Assembly (NCBI GenBank): GCA_030324005.1
Contig: JARDVH010000140.1
Location: 25,943,622-26,007,621 of the forward strand
Direction of reading: 5' to 3'
Length of the DNA stretch: 64,000 nt
Source: Negaprion brevirostris
Taxonomy: Eukaryota
Notes under the pieces: generated by a model
Told to the model about the DNA's origin: nothing
Database searches by the model: none
Seen by the model: the letters and a program-made list of their open reading frames with translations, nothing else
Part shown: in pieces, positions 24,291 through 37,380 of the stretch
Position numbering within the stretch: position 1 is the first letter of the stretch
Layout: each line of letters begins with the position of its first letter
Position numbers and translations under genes: made by a program

Positions 24291-24974
24291 TGTAAGGGGT
24301 ATGTTTAAAATTCAGCTCAGTTTTATAAGATGCTGATTTTTCTGAGCAACAGCCATCTCAACTGTTGAGAATGTAGGATAATGACTGATTTTAGCTAATG
24401 GTGTATTTGTTTAAACAGAGTTAATGCATTTGTGTTTATTAAGGTTTCCTTTGGGGTTTCAGAGTGGAGGTTTAGGTTAAATTGATTGCCAGAGACAGAG
24501 CCATGTGTTACTCGGTGAAGCTAAGCTTGCAGGTGAGACAGTGTTTAAATCAGTCAGTTTCTGCCTTGTTACGAAAGAAGTAAGATGTGTCTCCCTGTCC
24601 TTTCCTCTCTAGAGAGTATCCGAAGAACTCTAGGATTGGCAAACAAATTACCAGCACTTAAACCTGTGTTTGCTAACTGATTTTGAAGCGGGGTTTTAAG
24701 TCTGTAGGGGGAATAATGTTTGAACTCTTCGGGGTAGATTAGTCATTCAGAATTGTATGCTATCATGTTTAAGTATTGTTCAAATGTTAAATGTTAAGCT
24801 AATTCATTTGTTATTGATAAAGTGTGTTGTTACATAAAGTTTATTTTGATAAAGGCTTCCCAGTTTATCAGTAGAATTATGCCTGGAGTGAAACATCATA
24901 TCCTTACAATGCCAAAACAGCTAATAGTTGGGGTCTAGTCTAACTTCATGGGGCTTCTGATCCGTACCCTAACA
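24291..24974 (+). mobile_element. LTR (solo, or 3' LTR of the upstream Gypsy)
   Basis: TG...CA ends with inverted termini tgtaaggggta / taccctaaca; non-coding. Confidence 0.65.
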
Positions 24975-25269
24975 CTGACAAGATATGCATGAAGTTCTGC
25001 AGTCTTTAAACATGAAACAGGACTAACTAGATGTATAATAAAGAGGTGATCATTAACAAAGGCAAAAGTGGAAAATGATTTGCATATAGTAATTCCCGTT
25101 CATTGAAATGTCCAACTGTGATGTTGTTATTAATGAGGCTACTTAATTACTGGGATTTATCTTGAGGGTATTTTATTGCATGTTAACCAGCTGCTCCTAC
25201 TTTAACCATCTATAAATCATCACATAATATTTTAGCCATTGTAGGACCGATCCTGTCAGACTCTGACTT

Positions 25270-26320
25270 ATACCAGACTCCTATTCATTGACTACAGCTT
25301 AGACCTCAACACTATTACCCAACAAAACTCATCTCCAAACTCTATGGTCTAGGACTTGGCTCCTTCCTCTGTGACTGGATTCTAGACTTCCTAAACCTCA
25401 ATCAATAAGGACAGGCAACAACATCTTCTCCATGATTATCCTCAACACAAATGCCCCACAAGGCTGTGTCATCAGTCCCTTCCTATACTCCAACTCCACT
25501 TTCAAGCTTGCTGATGACACCACCATCAAGGGACAGATCTCAAACAATGACGAGATAAAGTACAGGAAAGAGATAGAGAATCTGGTGAAATGGTGCAATG
25601 ACAATAATCTCTCCCACGATGTCAGTAAAATGAAGGAGATAGTCATTGACTTCAGGAAATTAGTGATGAAGTGGAAATGGTCGAGAGCTTCAGGTTTCTA
25701 GGTGTTCGGATCATCAACACCAGTCCTGGTTCCTCCACACTGGAGTACAGTTTAGAAAGTCCACCAATGTGTTTATTTTCTCAGGAGGCTAAGGAAATTT
25801 GGCTTGTTAGCTGCGACTGTCACCAATATTTACAGGTGCACCATGGAAAGCATTCTTTCTGATTGTATCACAGCTTTTTATGGCTACTGCTCTGACCAAG
25901 ACTGCAAGAAAGGATTGTGAATTGAGCCCAGTCCATCATGCTAATCAGCTTCTCATCCATTGACTCCATCTATACTTCCCTCTGCCTCAGAAAAGCAGCC
26001 AGCATAATCAAGGACCTCACGCACCCCGGACATACTCTCTTCCACCTTGTTCTGTCCAGGAACAGATACAAAAATGTGAGAATACATACCAACCAACTCA
26101 AGAACAGCTTCTTCCCTGCTGCCATCAGAGTTTTGAATGGACTTACCATATATTAAGCTGATCTTTCTTTACATCCTTTCTCTAACTGTAACACTATATT
26201 CTGCATTTCTCCTTTTCTTCGCCCCTATGTACTCTATGAACGCTATGTTGTGTCTTTATAACACACAAGGAACAATATTTTTCCTGTATTCCCAAGATAT
26301 GTGACAATAATAAATCAAAT
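25270..26320 (+). mobile_element. Rex1/Babar LINE, 5'-truncated
   Basis: RLLFIDYS, NAPQGCVISPFLYS, KLADDTT, KMKEIVIDFRK, KAASIIKD; tail gtgacaataataaatcaaat. Confidence 0.9.
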
Positions 26321-27590
26321 GGTACTGATAGTGACATTATTTTACTGGTGTAAACCAGTTCTAAATGATTAAGAATGGATGCTAATCTTTCCAGAATAGC
26401 AAATTTCTAACCGGTCTCAAATTTCACGGTTAGATTTTTGCACAATTATTTATGGTTCAGATGACCTCCTGACTGAATGTAAGTAGAGGGTAGGAACAGG
26501 CAGATTCATATAAACTAATTGGGATGGGGCAATTAAAGGGTAGTCACACAATACTGGACAATAATCCTGAGAACCGTTAGACATTGTTTGCTAAACTCAC
26601 CTCCACCCCAGAAAGCAGCAAGTGCTTAGTGATTGAGTATATTCAAAGTTGGGACTGATAGATTTTTTGACTTTATGGGAATCAGTAGACATGGGGATCA
26701 TCAGATGGGAAAGTGAAGTTGAGGATCAACCCTGAACTTATTAATTAGTAGAGCTAATATGTGACTTAGCTCTGCTCATATCTCCATGTTCTAAACAAAG
26801 GCAGAGTTTAGTATGGAAATTCATGAACTAATGCAACTTAATTACCAACTATCATAACATGACTAATACCATTATGAGGTTAATCTCTGTGAAGTAAATG
26901 TGTATTAATGCCAACAAAATTTAAATCATCACAGTCATAGTACAAGAACGGCATTACGTTATGTTTGATGTTGACTATCAGTTTAGCAAGGTGCAGCAAT
27001 ACTATCTCCAATATGAAAGCTGTTTTTTTGTTGTAATGAGCAAAAAAGTGTGATCCCCTCTCTCGTTGACTTGATGTTGGGCTTGACTTGACTTGATGTT
27101 TGACTCAAGGGCACACTTGCATCAAATCACCTTCCACAGCCATCCTGTTTCCTAACATGAGTTAATTTCGTCATACTATTATTCCTTGGACTTTGGTTAG
27201 AAAATCGAGCAGTGATGCATTTTCCAAACTTCTTTTTACGCATGTAATTTAATGCCCACATCCTTCCAGCTTTTACTTTTGAACACTCACTCAGCTTTGG
27301 GGGATAAGCTTTATCTTCATGACTTTAAATTTTACCTTTCCATTCTGCTTTCGGTAGGCAAATTATAGTCTTAATACCAGTAAAATATTACAAATCTTGC
27401 CCCAAAGTTCCTGGGTCGGGTAGAACATTAGCTAGTATTTACACTTATGTGGAGCAGTAATTGCACTGGTCCCTTGTTCATTATAGTTCTTTCTCGACAG
27501 GACCTGGTATTAATTCTGGCAAGTTTTAGGTGCACTGAGAAAATGTCTACCCTTTCAGTAGTAACCATTAGGAGAAATCTATGCCATCCA

Positions 27591-27830
27591 TGGGGCAGCA
27601 CAGTGGTTAGGACTACTGCCCCACAGTGCCAGGGATCAGAGTTTGATTCCTGACTTGGGTCACTGTCTGTGTGGAATTTGCATGTTCTCTCCATGTCTAC
27701 CTGCGTTTCCTTTGGGTGCTCCAGTTTCCTTCCACAGTCCAAAAATGTGCGTGTTAGCTTGATTGGCCATGCTAAATTGCACCTTAGTGTTAGGGGGATG
27801 TCAGGGGGATTAGCATGGTAAATAATAGCA
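27591..27830 (+). mobile_element. HE1/V-SINE
   Basis: gggcagcacagtggttagg...gattggccatgctaaattgc. Confidence 0.9.
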
Positions 27831-27831
27831 T

Positions 27832-28545
27832 TTAGAACAAAGAACAAAGAAAATTACAGCACAGGAACAGGCCCTTCGGCCCTCCAAGCCTGCACCGACC
27901 CCATTGCCTGACTTAACTAAAACCCCCTACTCTTCCGGGGACCATATCCCTCTATTCCCAACCTATTCATGTGTTTGTCAAGACACCCCTTAAAGGTCAC
28001 TACTGTATCTGCTTCCACTACNNNNNNNNNNNNNNNNNNNNNNNNNNNNNNNNNNNNNNNNNNNNNNNNNNNNNNNNNNNNNNNNNNNNNNNNNNNNNNN
28101 NNNNNNNNNNNNNNNNNNNNNACTGTATCTGCTTCCACTACCTCTGGAATTCCAGACATCCAGTACTCTCTGTGTAAAAAATTTGCCTTGTACATCTCCT
28201 TTTAAACCCTGCCCCTTGCACTTTAAACCTATGTCCCCTAGTAATTGACTCTTCCACCCTGGGAAAAAGCTTCTGACTATCCACTCTGTCCATGCCTTTC
28301 AGAATCTTGTAGACTTCTATCAGGTCTCCTCTCAACTTCTGTCGCTCCAGTGAGAACAAACCAAGTTTCTCCAACTTCTCCTTATATTTAATGCTCTCCA
28401 TACTGGTCAACATCCTGGTAAATCTTTTCTGTACTCTCTCCAAAGTCTCCACATCTTTCTGATAGTGTGGTGACCAGAATTGAACACTATATTGCAAGTG
28501 CGGCCTAACTGAGGTTCTATAAAGCTGCAGTATGACTTGCCGATT
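27832..28545 (-). mobile_element. CR1 LINE 3' end
   Basis: LYRTSVRPHLQYSVQFWSPHYQKDVETLERVQKRFTRM...LRGDLIEVYKI (ORF 28138-28620). Confidence 0.92.
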
Positions 28546-28936
28546 TAGGTTGGATGTTGTTGTAAATTCAATGAATCTAACTTCCCATGTACTATTGAAA
28601 TTGCATGCTATAAAAGGCACAGTTTGTCAGAAGTTCCTTATCGAAGTGTAAGTACTTGTTTAGAGGGAAACTGCTGAAGGGAGATTTCTTCTGAAGACCT
28701 TTTGGTCACACAGGTTTTTTCTTTGCATAGACCGAGGGCAGCATTTTGTCTATGTTCTACACTGCTGTTCAATATCATTTGTTTAGAAAAAGAGTAGGAA
28801 GCTTGTAATTGAGGACCGGAAGATGAATTTCTATACTGGAATTCCACTTTAATGCTGGAACAAGAGGAAAATCAAGACGCTTTAGAGGAAGCTAGGTTAC
28901 TCAGTCAGCACCAGAGGAAGTTAGCTTCCAAAGAGT

Positions 28937-29030
28937 ATAATAAAAACAGAAAAGGCTGGTGACACTCAGCTGGTCTGACATCCATTGTCGAGAGAGAAGC
29001 AGAGTTCAGGTCAATGACCTTTCATCAGTA
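28937..29030 (-). mobile_element. Second Penelope-type terminus with degenerate hammerhead
   Basis: Reverse complement CTGATGA a aggtc att gacct GAA ctctgcttctctct...ccagccttttctgtttttatt. Confidence 0.55.
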
Positions 29031-29099
29031 ACATCAACTTTGAAAAGTTAAATGCTTGCCTTTTTCCTTCTTTCATAGCTGCCATGACATTCCTGACTT

Positions 29100-31820
29100 A
29101 CTGAGCCAACTCACCCCTTTACACAGTTGCAATTTGCTTTTAAGCAAATCAAATGTTCTGAATAATTGACGTGTAACCATGAGCAACACTGGAGAAACAT
29201 GAGTTGTTCAGTGTGCAGTATTTTGATATGTCAGCAGGAATTGGCACAATTGCTTAGACAATAAACCTTGCTCTCTGGTTACCTTCAATGGATCTTTCAT
29301 CATCTGTGCAAAGTGTTCTGCAAACCCATAAAGACCGGATTGGATGTGTTGAATCTCATTCTCCTTTTAATGGTTTGTGAATTCTTGCGAAATGAACTGC
29401 GGCTCATTATCGCTCATGAGTTGTTCAAGATAAGTGAATCTACTGAAAACTTCACCTGGTCTTTCAATTGTTCTCTCCGAAGATGTTGTCTTCATAGCCA
29501 TTTTGAATACATGTTGATTAAAATGAGAAACATATGCCCTTCGAATGGTCGACAATCTATATGTTCACTTTGCCAGGCCTCTTCTGGCCATCTCCATGGG
29601 TGTAATGGAACTAATGGCAGCAGGTTTCATATTATCGTACAAGGCGAACACATCCCCACTTATCCTCAATNNNNNNNNNNNNNNNNNNNNNNNNNNNNNN
29701 NNNNNNNNNNNNNNNNNNNNNNNNNNNNNNNNNNNNNNNNNNNNNNNNNNNNNNNNNNNNNNNNNNNNNNNNNNNNNNNNNNNNNNNNNNNNNNNNNNNN
29801 NNNNNNNNNNNNNNNNNNNNNNNNNNNNNNNNNNNNNNNNNNNNNNNNNNNNNNNNNNNNNNNNNNNNNNNNNNNNNNNNNNNNNNNNNNNNNNNNNNNN
29901 NNNNNNNNNNNNNNNNNNNNNNNNNNNNNNNNNNNNNNNNNNNNNNNNNNNNNNNNNNNNNNNNNNNNNNNNNNNNNNNNNNNNNNNNNNAAAAATAGCT
30001 TCTGGCTATCTCCTGCATCCTTACAATGCCACAGTAATTGGTTGTAATTGGTTGTAATTGTGTAATTGGTTTAATACATGCTTTCTTAATAATGGTGAAA
30101 TGATGCCTCTCATTCCCCAGAGGAGACAACCTGCCTGTAATTCGGGGTTTGCTCCCGAGGTCTTGCTACAAAGCACCATGAGCTCTGACTGTTCTGGATC
30201 ATTTCTGGTATACTTCTTCACTTGTCTTACCGTTACAGGAGTGCTATATACTTGCTGAAAGTAGAAAATGTTTCCACATGAACTGTTTATTGATGAATCA
30301 TTGAATAAGGGCAGTTGGGAGAGTCCATCAGAATTCCCATGCAGCTGTATGTGTGTGCTAACAACAGCAATACCCACTGAATCCTGCCAGTGATCGAATC
30401 CTAATATGGGGCCCAAATATTGTTGTCAGAGGATGATGGTCCATCAATAAAGTAAATTTACCCCAATGCAGGAATTGGTAAAACCATTTTATTCCAAAAC
30501 AAATTCCTAGGGCTTCTTTCTCTATCTGTGCATAATTGATTTCTGCTTCATTCCAGGACCTTAATGCAAAACCTGTGGCTTCTCTTCCCCTGTGGGCATT
30601 ATGTGGGAAACCACCACCCCCACCCCATGAGGTGAGGCATCACATTGCCAGTTGCAAGGGTAAATTTGGGTCAAAGTGTGTCAGGACTTTTGCCTTTAGT
30701 AGTGCCTCCTTAGCTTGCACAAAGGCTTCCTCGCACTGATCCACCCACTTCCATTTCCTGTTTTTACACAATAAGTCATGTTAGGCTTTAAGAATAATAG
30801 CCAGATTAGGGACAAATTTGCTGTGATAATTTAGTAAAACCAAAAAGATTGAAGTTGATTGCCATTTTTAGGCGCTGATGCCTCAGTAATGGCTTTGGCT
30901 TTCAAAGACGACTTGTGCAGTCCCTTTGTGTCTATGGCTTGACACAGTAANNNNNNNNNNNNNNNNNNNNNNNNNNNNNNNNNNNNNNNNNNNNNNNNNN
31001 NNNNNNNNNNNNNNNNNNNNNNNNNNNNNNNNNNNNNNNNNNNNNNNNNNNNNNNNNNNNNNNNNNNNNNNNNNNNNNNNNNNNNNNNNNNNNNNNNNNN
31101 NNNNNNNNNNNNNNNNNNNNNNNNNNNNNNNNNNNNNNNNNNNNNNNNNNNNNNNNNNNNNNNNNNNNNNNNNNNNNNNNNNNNNNNNNNNNNNNNNNNN
31201 NNNNNNNNNNNNNNNNNNNNNNNNNNNNNNNNNNNNNNNNNNNNNNNNNNNNNNNNNNNNNNNNNNNNNNNNNNNNNNNNNNNNNNNNNNNNNNNNNNNN
31301 NNNNNNNNNNNNNNNNNNNNNNNTAATCTTCTAACTTCTGGAGTGTGACATCTAGTTTGCCAAATTGTTCTTTCTCGTTCTTTCCAGTCCTAAGATATCA
31401 TCTAAGTAACACTGGACTCCTTCTAATCCACTTAAAATTTGATCCATTAGAACAACATAGGTACAGCTGTGATGCCAAATGGTAGTCTTTTACATAGAAA
31501 TTATTCTTTGTGTGTCACGATCATCAAGTATTATTGTGAATCTGGATCCATGTTCATCTGAAGATATGCTTGACTGAGGTCAATTTTACTGAAGTGTTGG
31601 TCTCCTGCCAACCCAGTGAATAAATCATCAACTGGAGGCTAAGGATGCTGTTTTGCACACAGTATCGAACCAATAGCAACTTTAAAATCACCACAAGTAC
31701 AAACCAATCTGGCTTTCTTCATCACAGATACAATCAGTGTGAACCAATCACTTGCACTGCTGGGTTCAAGTTTTGATCAGCCTCTACGTTTGGTCTGATT
31801 GTGTATGGTGTTACTCACGA
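29100..31820 (-). mobile_element. Decayed Ty3/Gypsy pol (RT-RNaseH-IN)
   Basis: CGDFKV, FSKIDLSQAYLQM, VQCYLDDI (~31395-31420), GCLLWGMR, LMSDNEPQFISQEF. Confidence 0.88.
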
Positions 31821-32399
31821 TAAGTGGTTGTGGTGAAAGAATCTTGTAGCTGGAAGAATTGGTAATGTGACCCAGAAGGATTCAGGTGATTCAAAAGATG
31901 CAATTTTATACACTAAAAAGTAAAATATTGACTATTGTACTTTCAAAGAATATTGAGCAAAGAATGGTGTTTGTAAAATTGATGTTTTCACACACACAAA
32001 CACAACTGCACTCGCTATGATACATTCCAAAAGCTAATCCAAACTTAGTCCACCTAAAATAATCCTTTGTTACCGCTGCACATAAGTTGGCCAACCTATC
32101 TATTTGATGCATTAGAAAGACCTCTTGAGTCTCCAGAGAAATGGTATGTGTGTTGTGCTGAAGTCTGAGAGTGAGCCTTTCTTTTCTCCTGCATGCCCTT
32201 TTGAAAACTTTGCATAATTGAGGTGATTGTGCCCGTCCCCTGTCGTCTGATCCATTCAGTTTTCATTACTGTGGTTTCAATCTGTATTACAGAGTAATAT
32301 AGAAATCTACCTGGCAAAATGGAAGCTAGTCCAGGTACATCCTGTCAACAAAAAGCAGGGAAAAAAACAATCCAGCCAATTGCAAGCCATCAGTCTACT

Positions 32400-34440
32400 C
32401 TTTTTTTTAAAATTCCTTTTTACGGGATGTGTGCTTTGCTGGCTGGTTATTCACTCCTAGTTGCCCTCCAGAAAATGATGGTAAGCTTCCTTCTTGAACC
32501 ACTGGTGTGCAGGTACACCCATAATGCTGTTAGGGAGGGAATTCAGGATTTTGACCCAGTGACAGTGAAGAATCGGTGATATATTTCCAAATCAGGATGG
32601 TGAGTGACTTAGAGGGGAACCTCCAATTGGTGGAGAATCTCCAAGTGATATTGTTCCCATGCGTCTGCTGCCCTTGTCTTCCTAGATGGTGGAGGTTGAG
32701 GGTTTGGCAGGTGCTGCCTAAGGAACCTTGGTGAGTTCCAGCAGTGCATCTTTGTAGGTAGTACACAAGGCTGCCACTGTTTATCAATGGTGGAGGGATT
32801 GAATGTTTATGGAGGGGCTACAATCAAATGGGCTACTTTGTCCTGGATGGTGTTGAGCTTCTTGAGTCATGTTGGAGCTGCACTCATCCNNNNNNNNNNN
32901 NNNNNNNNNNNNNNNNNNNNNNNNNNNNNNNNNNNNNNNNNNNNNNNNNNNNNNNNNNNNNNNNNNNNNNNNNNNNNNNNNNNNNNNNNCTTTGTCCTGG
33001 ATGGTGTTGAGCTTCTTGAGTCATGTTGGAGCTGCACTCATCCAGGCAAGTGGAGAGTATTCCATTACACCCCTAACTTGTGCCTTGTAGATAGTGGAAA
33101 GGCTTTTGGGGAGGTGGGCGGGGGGGGGGGGTGGGGTGGAACGAAAGGGAAAGGGGGTAGGGGGTAGATGGGATAGGTGATAGGAGTGGGGGGTGTCATG
33201 AGCTGAGTTACTTGCTAAGAGGTTTCCTAGCCTTTAATCTGCTCTGGTATCCAATGGTACTTACATGGCTAGTCAAGTTCAGTTTCTGGTCAATGCTAAC
33301 TCCCAGGATGTTGATACTGGGGGATTCAAGGTAATAACCTTGAATGTCACGAGGTGATGCTTAGTTCCTCTTTTGTAGGAGATAGTCATTGCTGACACTT
33401 GTGTGGCATGAATGTTACTTGCCACTTGTCAGCCCAAACCTCGATATTGTCCAGATCTTGCTGCATTGGGACATGAACCGTTTCAGTATCTGAGGAGTTG
33501 TGAACATGCTGAACATTGTGTAGTCATCTGTGAATGTACACATTTCTAACCTGATGATGGAAGGAAGGTTGTTGAAGGTTAGCACTGCTGCCTCACAGCA
33601 CCAGGGACCTGGGTTTGATTCCGACCTTGGGTGATGGTCTGTGTGGAGTTTGCACATCCTCCTTCACTGCATGGGTTTCTTCCAAGTGCTCTGGTTTCCT
33701 CTCACAGTCAAAAGATGTGTAGGTTAGGTGGATTAGCCATGGTGAATGCATGGGGTTATGAGGATAGAGCACTATGGGGGTTGGGCCCTGTAAGATATTT
33801 TGTTGGAAAGTCAGTGCAGACTCAATGGGCTGAAAGGGCTCCTTCTGCACTGTAGGGATTCTATGGTTCTATGACGAAGAAGCTTAAGATGGTTGGACCT
33901 GGGACACAACCTTGAGGAACTCCTAAAGTGATGTCCTGGAACTTAGATGATTGACCTCCAACTACCACAACCATCTTCCTTTGTTCCAGATATGACTCCA
34001 ACTAATTTAGAGTTTTCCCCTTGATCCTATTAACTGCTAGGACTCCTTGATGCCATACTTGGTCAAATGCCGCCTTGACATCGAGGGCAGTCACCTCATT
34101 TCTGTCATTCAGCTCTTTTGCCCATGTTNNNNNNNNNNTGTTTAAACCTAGACTGTAAGGAGGTCAGTAGCTGAGTGACCCTGGTGGAATCTAAACTGAG
34201 CATCTGTGAGTAGGTTATTGCTGAGTGGGTGCTGCTTGATAGGACTGTTGATGATAACTTCCATCACTTTACTGATGATCGAAAGGAGAGTGGGCGATAA
34301 TTAGTCGGGTTGCACTTGTTCTGTTTTCTTGTGTGTAGGACATACCTGGGCAATTTTCCACATTGCTGGGTAGGTGCCAGTGTGGTAGCTGTACTGGAAC
34401 AGCCTGCTTGGGAACATGTTAAATTCTGGAGCGTAAGTCT
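32400..34440 (-). mobile_element. CR1/L2-group LINE family B
   Basis: GTYPAMWKIAQVCPTHKK, LDVKAAFDQVWHQG, FTDDYT, tail at 32400; interrupted by a SINE. Confidence 0.85.
33577..33873 (+). mobile_element. HE1/V-SINE (CR1-type tail)
   Basis: ggttagcactgctgcctcacagc...ccttctgcactgtagggattctatggttctatg. Confidence 0.9.
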
Positions 34441-34469
34441 TCAGGTCTATTGCCAGACTCATCAGCAAT

Positions 34470-35365
34470 GCGATGGAAAGTATTGTGGAAAAGTATTGTC
34501 TGTGGCACAATCCAAGCAGCATTTCCCAATAACCTATTCAACAATGCTCAGTTTGGGTTCTGTCAGGACCACTTGACTTTAAAACTCATTGCAGCATTGG
34601 TCCAAAATTGGTCTAGTATTGGACAAAAGAACTATATTCCAAAGGTGAGTGACTGCTCAATGCATCTAGGCTTCATTTGACTGAAGCTTGATAAAATTGA
34701 AGTCAATGAGAATTATGGAAACCTCTCCATTAACAGTACCTAGCACGAAGGAAGATGGTTGTGGTTGTTGGAGGCTGATCATCTCAGTGCTGTTATTGAG
34801 GGGGTACCTCAGGACAGTGTCCTAGGCCCAACCATCAAAAGTTGCTTGCATCATAGGAGGATGTTCAGTGATGATTCCACAGTGTTCACTTCCATTTTAA
34901 GCTCCTCATTTAACAAGAGGTCCATGCCTGCATGCAAATAGATTTGGACAATACTCAGCCTGGGCTGGTAAGTAGAAAATTAGCAGCACCCTTTAAGTGT
35001 ACCATATAAAAGATATACTGTAGCAACTCAACAAGTCTTCTCCAACATCATCTCCAAAATCTATAACTTCTAACACCTCAAAAGGACAAAGGTAGCAGGA
35101 GCATGAGAATACCACTCAGTGCAAGTTCCTATCCAAGTCACACACCAACCTGACTTGGAAATAAATCACCGCTCCTTCATTGTCACTGAGTCAAATTAAG
35201 GGAACTTCCTACTTAACAGTGCTGGCTGTACTTTCATGACACAAACTGCAAAGGTACAAGAAGCTGGCTCACCACCACCTTCTGAAGAATCATTACGGGG
35301 CTGGGCAAAAATTGCTGACTATGCCAGTCATTCACATCCCTTGAATGATGAATTAAAAAAAGAAA
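34470..35365 (+). mobile_element. CR1/L2-group LINE family B, older copy
   Basis: NAQFGFCQDH, GVPQDSVLGPT, MFSDDST; tail ..catcccttgaatgatgaattaaaaaa. Confidence 0.8.
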
Positions 35366-37126
35366 AGCTAAATATATCTTTTGAGTTGCTTAATGTTCTT
35401 TCAGTTTTACAGTTCCAAAAATCATCAATCTGCCTGATAGCCAATTCTGAGTTATTAAGATTGTTTTAGCAGGAAACCGGTAAATATAATTTCCCTTCTA
35501 TTTTCATTTAACGCAGCAAGAGTCAGGATTGGCAGAATGGCATATTCATATATTATTCACATCAATTAAACATCCTGAAACGTGAGCTTTTGAATTATTT
35601 ACCAGATCATTATGGATGAGAAAGATATTCACTTAATTTGTCCTGAAGCACCTCCGAGTGCTCTATTGCCAAACCTGGCCGTTCCTTCAATCTATTCAAG
35701 AGTTCTGCCTCCACCACTCTGCTGCAAACTCCGTTCCAGGTGTTGATAAGTCCCAAGAAAGAAACCTCCCCGTTGTCAATCCTGAAAAATTATTCACCTG
35801 CATAATTGTGCACTTTGGTAATACTTTAGTTCAAAGTGAGGGGTTTTATAACAAGGCTGGCTGATGGATATACTTAAAAACAGGGAGTTGGCAAAAATTG
35901 GATCAGTCATGGAAATTATGTAGCAGTATAGCCAAGTAGCAGCCACAAGAGTGTATCAGAGTTTGAAAGGGAAAAAAAAACCTGTCAGTTCCACAGCAAT
36001 TGAATTTGGGAGCAGTGAACTGTAGTCGAAGTCCTGATTGAGTTGCAGGCATTATTCAAAAATCCACTCAGCGCCGAGTCGCAGATCCATTTCTTTATTC
36101 GAGTCAACCTTGTTCCAAAGATAAACGCAGTCGTGGATTCAATCTTCCCACATCTCTGCTGAGGTAGTCAGCTGATTTGATAAAACCTTCTGAATCGTTT
36201 TGAGATAATTTCAAAGAATGTTGCAGAGTCGGCTCACAAAAAAAATCTACCTTCTGAGCCACAGCCTCCCATCCATCAATTTTTGGTTTTGAATGTTAAT
36301 TTAGAATATGCATCTATTTTGTAATTATGTTAAGCTTACCAAGCGTATCAAGGTGATAAGGCCAATTCCCCATTCCGTTCTTATGTTCTGAGTATTTCGA
36401 AATGATAACGAATGTCAAAGGACATGAAACATATTACTGAATAACTGTTATTTTTCAATACTGGCTAAATCAGATGCTGATAATGCAAAAGTTATTATCA
36501 ATTTATATTCATTCCAATAGACTATTGTTTAATTACTTTCCTGAAATGTACACTTGATAATTTGGTATTTCTAAACAACACCTATTGGTAGCTGTATTTT
36601 TATCATTTTATTTACCCATATCACTGCATTTATTTCTTGTGTGAAAAATAGGATTGGCATTTGAAATTTCTTATAAATGGTTGAATAAAATTCTAAGGGT
36701 GTCACTTTCAACTTCACTGCCTGAGAAGTGGCGTTCCTGATGGAATGGATTGCCAATTTCTTTTAGGGAACCCACTTGATTTTTATTCCATCAAGTTCAA
36801 GGAACAAAAACTCAGGTGGATTATACAGTCAGTTGGGACTTGGTCATGTTTCCTCCCTGCTGCTGCAATTGAAAATGTTTCCCTATACTTTAAAAAATAA
36901 GTAGTGAAGAAAATCTACCGTTAAACATAAAAAAAGAACTTGACCATTGGAATCATTCAATTCTCAGGAGTAATCCGTGCAACACTCCAATCTGTGCCTT
37001 TCTTCAGGAAAATGTCGTCCTTGGTGTGCCTGACAAAATAAATTACCTTTACCCTGTGAATGTTAGTGACAATTTTCCGAATTTCAGCAGACATCTTGCA
37101 ACAATCTTACCTCTAACTCTGCACGA

Positions 37127-37380
37127 CCGGCCTCAGGTCGCTGTCTGTGTGGAGTTTGCACATTCTCCCCAACTCTGTGTGGGTTTCCTTCGGATGCTCC
37201 AGTTTCATCCCACAGTCCAGTTCTGTTGATTCGCCATGCTAAATTGCCCCTTAGTGTCAGGGAGATTAGCAGGGTAAATGTGTGGCGTTACGGGGATATG
37301 GGGATGGGATTGTTGTCGGTGCAGACTTGATGTGTCAGATGGCATCCTTTTGCACTGTGGGATTCTATAGATTCTATGAT
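37127..37380 (+). mobile_element. HE1/V-SINE (CR1-type tail), 5'-truncated
   Basis: gctgtctgtgtggagtttgcac...gattctatagattctatga. Confidence 0.88.

Noticed and set aside
33108-33195. G-run cluster (possible G-quadruplex)
   Set aside because: Local low-complexity expansion inside a decayed LINE with no supporting context.
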